From Fidelibacterota bacterium (lineage in GTDB: Bacteria > Fidelibacterota > Marinisomatia > Marinisomatales > TCS55): DNA of 64,000 bases. Shown one piece after another: positions 59,487 to 64,000 of the stretch. Within the stretch, counting starts at the first letter, position 1; each line of letters starts with the position of its first letter. The translations under genes were made by a program, and so were the position numbers. The notes beneath the pieces were generated by a model. The model was not told the DNA's origin, ran no database searches, and saw only the letters and a program-made list of their open reading frames with translations. The stretch covers positions 32,001 to 96,000 of the forward strand of contig JBHHTW010000002.1 of assembly GCA_046861385.1 (NCBI GenBank). Direction: 5' to 3'.

Positions 59487-60688
59487 AGACAGCGCTTCGC
59501 ATTGCCATTCGTCATTTAGGATTTAAGCACCAGGGTAGTTTCACATCTTTTGCCGGCATTGCAGCTGTGATTGGTTTGGGATTAGGTATCTGTGCTTTAG
59601 TCCTTACCGTTTCCGTTCTTAATGGATTTGAGGATACTATTTCCAGAAAAATTGCAGGATTGGATGGACATATCCGTACCCAGCACTTTCTTTTTAGACC
59701 CGTCGATCCTTATCAATCAAAATTGGACAGTATTTTAACAAATCAATCGGTGTCATATTCATCGGTTCCTTATATCCAGGAAGCCGCCATGGTGAGAAAA
59801 GGCCGTAGAGCGGAAGGAATTCTCATTGAAGGGTATGGAGATGACGAACTGCCAAATGATATTGCCAAAATGGTGCAATCAGGGTCATCCGAATTGGAAA
59901 ATGGAAAGGCGGTGATTGGAAAAGCACTAGCTCAAATGTTACATGTTGATGTTGGAGATAAATTGGTGTTAATGGACATGAAATCCATGATCACTATCTC
60001 ATCCGGACGGCGTATGAAGCAAGTATCCATTGGTGGGATTTACAAATCCGGTTTACAGGAATATGATCAATCGGTAGTTTATTTATCATTAAAAGACGCA
60101 CAGAATTTGTTTCACTATGAGAATAAAATATCCGGCTATACAATTTCATTAAAGGATGGAAATAATGCCGATATTATTTCAACTGTACTTGAGGAATCCT
60201 TAGGTTATCCCTATTATGTAATTACATGGAAGGAGAAACATAACAATTTGTTCAACTGGCTAAATTTACAAAAATGGCCAATTCTAATTATTTTTGGAAT
60301 GATCGCATTGGTTGGAATTGTAAATATTATTTCTGCATTATTTATGATAGTTCTTGAAAAAATCCGAACTATTGGTACATTAAAATCCATGGGAATGGAT
60401 AATAAAACCATTCGTCAAATCTTCCTAATCAAAGGGGTGTTTATTGGGTCTTTAGGTTCTTTATTTGGATTAGCGTTAGCATTAATTTTCGCTGCTATAC
60501 AAATTCATTATACCCCATTGTCCATTTCAGAAGAAATATATTTTATGCGCTACGTACCCGTTCTTCTTGACTGGTCCATTATTGGAATGATCGTTTTTTG
60601 TGGAATATTTTTTTCGATACTTTCGGCGCTGTGGCCGACAGGCCGGGCAGCAGCTATTGATCCTGCCGATGCTTTGAGGTACGAATGA
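59483..60688 (+). CDS. Lipoprotein-releasing ABC permease (LolC/E family)
   Basis: SVLNGF, EKIRTIGTLKSMG, PADALRYE. Confidence 0.88.
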   Translation: MKTALRIAIRHLGFKHQGSFTSFAGIAAVIGLGLGICALVLTVSVLNGFEDTISRKIAGLDGHIRTQHFLFRPVDPYQSKLDSILTNQSVSYSSVPYIQEAAMVRKGRRAEGILIEGYGDDELPNDIAKMVQSGSSELENGKAVIGKALAQMLHVDVGDKLVLMDMKSMITISSGRRMKQVSIGGIYKSGLQEYDQSVVYLSLKDAQNLFHYENKISGYTISLKDGNNADIISTVLEESLGYPYYVITWKEKHNNLFNWLNLQKWPILIIFGMIALVGIVNIISALFMIVLEKIRTIGTLKSMGMDNKTIRQIFLIKGVFIGSLGSLFGLALALIFAAIQIHYTPLSISEEIYFMRYVPVLLDWSIIGMIVFCGIFFSILSALWPTGRAAAIDPADALRYE

Positions 60689-61887
60689 AGTTTGCTTATA
60701 CAATCGCACGAAGATTTATGCTCGGTGGAAAAGGTGCCGGTCCCAGTCGATTGACAGGATGGATTTCCATTATCGGTCTGGCAGCCGGAACTTTCGCTTT
60801 GATTGTTTCATTATCTGTCTTAAACGGTTTTGAGGAACGGGTTACCGGTCGGATTGTTGGATTTGAAGGAGACTTGAGAATAACGGCGGTGGAAGAAGAT
60901 TTGAATTTGTCACTGATGATGAATACAATTAAAAGGGATCAATTCGCAGCAGATGCCATGCCGTACAGAGAGCGAAAAGGGTTAATATCGGGTTCTGACC
61001 AAGAACAGCGTTTGGTCATGTTAAAAGCGATAGAAATAGAACGCTTTTCAGAATTTTATAATATAAATATAAAAGAGACTGTTGTAAAACCAGAAACACC
61101 ATCCATTTATATTGGACAGGTGTTAGCTCAACGGTTGAATATAGCTGTTGGTGATAATATCCAAATGATGAGTCCGGTAGATCACAGTGGTCAGATAGGC
61201 TTACCTCGGAAATATTCCGGAACAATTTCAGGAATTTTTAAAACAGAAGTTTTAGATTTAGATGATCGAATGGTTTTTATACCAATGGAATTAGGTGAAA
61301 CATTGTTTTCCAGGAAAAAAAGTATCGATGGCATTGATATTCGGCTAAATGACTCAGAACAAGCCGGTGAACTAAAAAAATATTATCGAAAGAAACTCCC
61401 CGGTGGAATTTTGATTAAAAGTTGGGCTGACCTTCATTCAGGATTATTTAACGCCATGCGAATGGAGCGATTAGGAGCCTTGGCAGTATTAAGTCTGATC
61501 ATTTTAGTGGCTTGTTTTAATCTCATGTCTACGCTGGTGTTAGTTACCTATCAGAAAATTCGAGAAATTGGTATTTTGAGAACATTGGGAACAACTGCTC
61601 GGAAAATCCAGGGAGTCATTTTATTCCAGGGATTGATGATAGGAGGCGTCGGCGCGATGACGGGAATCTTATTAAGTACTGGATTGGTTTTAGTGCAAAA
61701 TCAATTTGGTTTAATTCCATTACCCCAAGAAGTTTATTTTATTGATCAATTACCAATGGTATTAAAAATGATGGATCTTTTTGTTGTGTTTGTTATTTCA
61801 TTTATCTTAATCTTAATGTCTTCAGCAATTGCATCAAACCGAGCGCTAAAAATTAATCCTAAAGAAGCCGTTTATTTAGAAAAATGA
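60685..61887 (+). CDS. Lipoprotein-releasing ABC permease (LolC/E family)
   Basis: LSVLNGFE, KIREIGILRTLG, YFIDQLP. Confidence 0.88.
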   Translation: MKFAYTIARRFMLGGKGAGPSRLTGWISIIGLAAGTFALIVSLSVLNGFEERVTGRIVGFEGDLRITAVEEDLNLSLMMNTIKRDQFAADAMPYRERKGLISGSDQEQRLVMLKAIEIERFSEFYNINIKETVVKPETPSIYIGQVLAQRLNIAVGDNIQMMSPVDHSGQIGLPRKYSGTISGIFKTEVLDLDDRMVFIPMELGETLFSRKKSIDGIDIRLNDSEQAGELKKYYRKKLPGGILIKSWADLHSGLFNAMRMERLGALAVLSLIILVACFNLMSTLVLVTYQKIREIGILRTLGTTARKIQGVILFQGLMIGGVGAMTGILLSTGLVLVQNQFGLIPLPQEVYFIDQLPMVLKMMDLFVVFVISFILILMSSAIASNRALKINPKEAVYLEK

Positions 61888-62561
61888 TATTAAAAGCCAC
61901 TGGTATAAATAAATCCTACCATAATGGATCGAAGACACTCGATGTATTAAAGAATATCAATATACAATTAATGGTGGGAGATATGGTAACAATAATGGGT
62001 CAATCGGGTGCCGGTAAAACCACATTATTAAACATATTGGGGACATTGGATAATCCTGACGGCGGTAAGGTAGAAATATGCGGAAAGGATATTGACGTGT
62101 TAAGTGAAGAAGAATTATCCTCCTTACGTAATAATCATTTGGGGTTCGTATTCCAATTTCATCATTTATTGCCTGAATTCACTGCAATTGAAAATGTATT
62201 AATGCCCAGCCTGATCGCCGGAGATGAAGACGATGTTAAAGAACGAGCAAAAGAATTATTTGAATATGTAGAAATGGTAGAACGGAAAGATCATTATCCA
62301 TCACAATTATCTGGCGGGGAAAGACTTCGGGTAGCTGTGTTAAGGGCAATTATCCGAAAACCGGATGTTATTCTAGCGGATGAACCGACTGGAAATTTAG
62401 ATATAACGAACGCAAATAAATTACTGAGTTTGTTTAATAAAATTAATAAAGATTTTGATCAGGCGTTTGTAATTACAACTCACAATCCGAGTGTCGCCGA
62501 TATTGGTCACAGAAAATATATTTTAGAAAATGAAACATTATCTTTGACAGATAGTGTTTGA
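61884..62561 (+). CDS. lolD: Lipoprotein-releasing ABC ATPase
   Basis: GQSGAGKT, GFVFQFHHLL (LolD motif), LSGGE, DEPTGNLD. Confidence 0.92.
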   Translation: MILKATGINKSYHNGSKTLDVLKNINIQLMVGDMVTIMGQSGAGKTTLLNILGTLDNPDGGKVEICGKDIDVLSEEELSSLRNNHLGFVFQFHHLLPEFTAIENVLMPSLIAGDEDDVKERAKELFEYVEMVERKDHYPSQLSGGERLRVAVLRAIIRKPDVILADEPTGNLDITNANKLLSLFNKINKDFDQAFVITTHNPSVADIGHRKYILENETLSLTDSV

Positions 62562-62594
62562 AAACGAGTAAACTATTGCTAATTTAAGTTTGAA

Positions 62595-64000
62595 ATGAAA
62601 GAGAATTTTTCAAAACGAGTCCAATTAATTATGAAAAATGCTAAGGAGGAAGCCATCCGACTTGGACATAGCTATGTTGGTTCAGAACACTTATTATTGG
62701 GTCTAATTCGATTGAATTCGGGGTTGACCCAAAAGATTTTGGATATTTACGATTGCGATATAGAAGATATCCGAACAATGGTAGAAGACTTGATTAAATC
62801 TTCTGGTGGTACCATGACGCTCGGTCATCTGCCATTGACACGCCGCGCAGAACGAATATTGCGCAATGCTTACAATGAAGCAGCCGCTTTGGGTGCATCT
62901 GTTGCCGATGATGAACATCTGCTATTAGCGATGTTAAAAGAAACGGAAGGAATTGCCCTGGAAGTATTGAATTCATACAATCTTGATTTTAGCGGCGTGA
63001 TGGAATTACTTCACGATGAAACAGATGAGGATGAAGATAGAGAAGATGACTTGCCGATGATCCAAAAACAACATGTCGGAAAAAAATCAAAAACACCTGC
63101 ACTGGACCATTTTTCACGAGATATTACCGATTTAGCAAGGAAATCTAAATTGGATCCGGTTATTGGTCGTCAGGAAGAAATTAACCGTGTGGCTCAAATT
63201 TTATCCCGCAGAAAGAAAAATAATCCCGTATTAATCGGAGAACCGGGAGTGGGTAAAACAGCAATCATTGAGGGACTTGCTCAGCGTATAATTGAGAAAT
63301 CGGTTCCAAGGTTATTACACAATAAACGTATTTTATCTTTGGATCTTGCATCTATTGTTGCCGGAACAAAATATCGCGGGCAGTTTGAAGAACGCATGAA
63401 AACAATCATGGTGGAGTTGGAAAATTCAAACGACTTGATTTTGTTTATTGATGAATTACATACCATAGTTGGTGCCGGAGGAGCGTCCGGCTCCTTAGAT
63501 GCTTCAAACATGTTTAAACCTGCTTTAGCAAGGGGAGATATTCACTGCATCGGTGCGACAACATTAGATGAATTCCGTAAGCATATTGAAAAAGACGGAG
63601 CACTTGAAAGACGGTTTCAAAAAATAACAGTGAATCCTCCCACTCAGGAAGAAACGATTCAGATTTTGAATGGATTAAAAAAAGCGTATGAAACCCATCA
63701 CAATGTTCAGTACGAAGATGATGCTATTAAAGCATGCGTTTATTTATCGGATCGTTATATCACCGATAAATATTTACCGGATAAGGCCATTGACGTCATG
63801 GATGAGGCGGGATCAAGAGCACATCTGCATAATATTGTCGTCCCCCAAAATATTTTAGATCTCGAAAAGGAAGTAGATATAGTCCGACTCAAAAAAGAAG
63901 AAGTTGTATCGAAACAAAAATTTGAAGAGGCAGCCAATTATAGGGATAAAGAACAAAAGTTGCTGATTCAATTATCAAAGGCACAGCAAGAATGGCAGGA
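62595..64000 (+). CDS. clpC: Clp protease ATPase subunit ClpC, truncated by the window end (absent from the ORF track)
   Basis: [76 protein letters not shown]-like FEEAANYRD. Confidence 0.93.
   Translation, partial: MKENFSKRVQLIMKNAKEEAIRLGHSYVGSEHLLLGLIRLNSGLTQKILDIYDCDIEDIRTMVEDLIKSSGGTMTLGHLPLTRRAERILRNAYNEAAALGASVADDEHLLLAMLKETEGIALEVLNSYNLDFSGVMELLHDETDEDEDREDDLPMIQKQHVGKKSKTPALDHFSRDITDLARKSKLDPVIGRQEEINRVAQILSRRKKNNPVLIGEPGVGKTAIIEGLAQRIIEKSVPRLLHNKRILSLDLASIVAGTKYRGQFEERMKTIMVELENSNDLILFIDELHTIVGAGGASGSLDASNMFKPALARGDIHCIGATTLDEFRKHIEKDGALERRFQKITVNPPTQEETIQILNGLKKAYETHHNVQYEDDAIKACVYLSDRYITDKYLPDKAIDVMDEAGSRAHLHNIVVPQNILDLEKEVDIVRLKKEEVVSKQKFEEAANYRDKEQKLLIQLSKAQQEWQ

Noticed and set aside
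446-63937. Numerous 60-150 aa antisense or off-frame ORFs in the track (e.g. 1783-2112, 10904-11242, 21444-21905, 53810-54079, 62703-63937)
   Set aside because: They overlap well-supported genes and show no recognisable motifs; treated as shadow ORFs.
1-64000. tRNA, rRNA, integrase, transposase or prophage genes
   Set aside because: None recognisable; coding space is accounted for and I saw no cloverleaf signature in the intergenic regions.

Overview
AT-rich bacterial chromosome segment, mostly housekeeping. The gene set and protein flavours (bS22, MetF type, headless nuo plus nqr, LolCDE) suggest a diderm FCB-superphylum organism, plausibly Marinimicrobia; this taxonomy is inference only. 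Order: mltD-HU-bS22-S1/P1 nuclease-xseAB-nadK; a minus-strand accessory block (two cupins, a homopolymer-frameshifted Cys/His protein, YprB-type exonuclease, CoA-binding protein, proline dehydrogenase); a 17 kb respiratory cluster in which an 11-subunit complex I lacking nuoEFG (nuoABCDHIJKLMN) is followed 20 nt later by a complete Na+-NQR (nqrABCDEF-apbE, with nqrM convergent); an antiporter, pduO, nrnA, ispH, pdxST, dxs and cstA; an isobutyryl-CoA-mutase-type large subunit; a System I* ccm cluster; an archaeal-type (class II) GAPDH-like gene; metF, tilS-hpt-ftsH-folP-cdaA and a ZIP transporter; frameshifted prfB; a repeat-rich insert (M16 protease, lipoprotein, MITE-like and REP-like elements); lysS-lolC/E-lolC/E-lolD; and a truncated clpC. 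The best candidate for an undescribed system is the headless complex I / Na+-NQR tandem, whose NuoC carries a duplicated basic helical module under clear purifying selection. I found no rRNA, tRNA, CRISPR array or transposase. All family calls come from motif recognition, not database searches.
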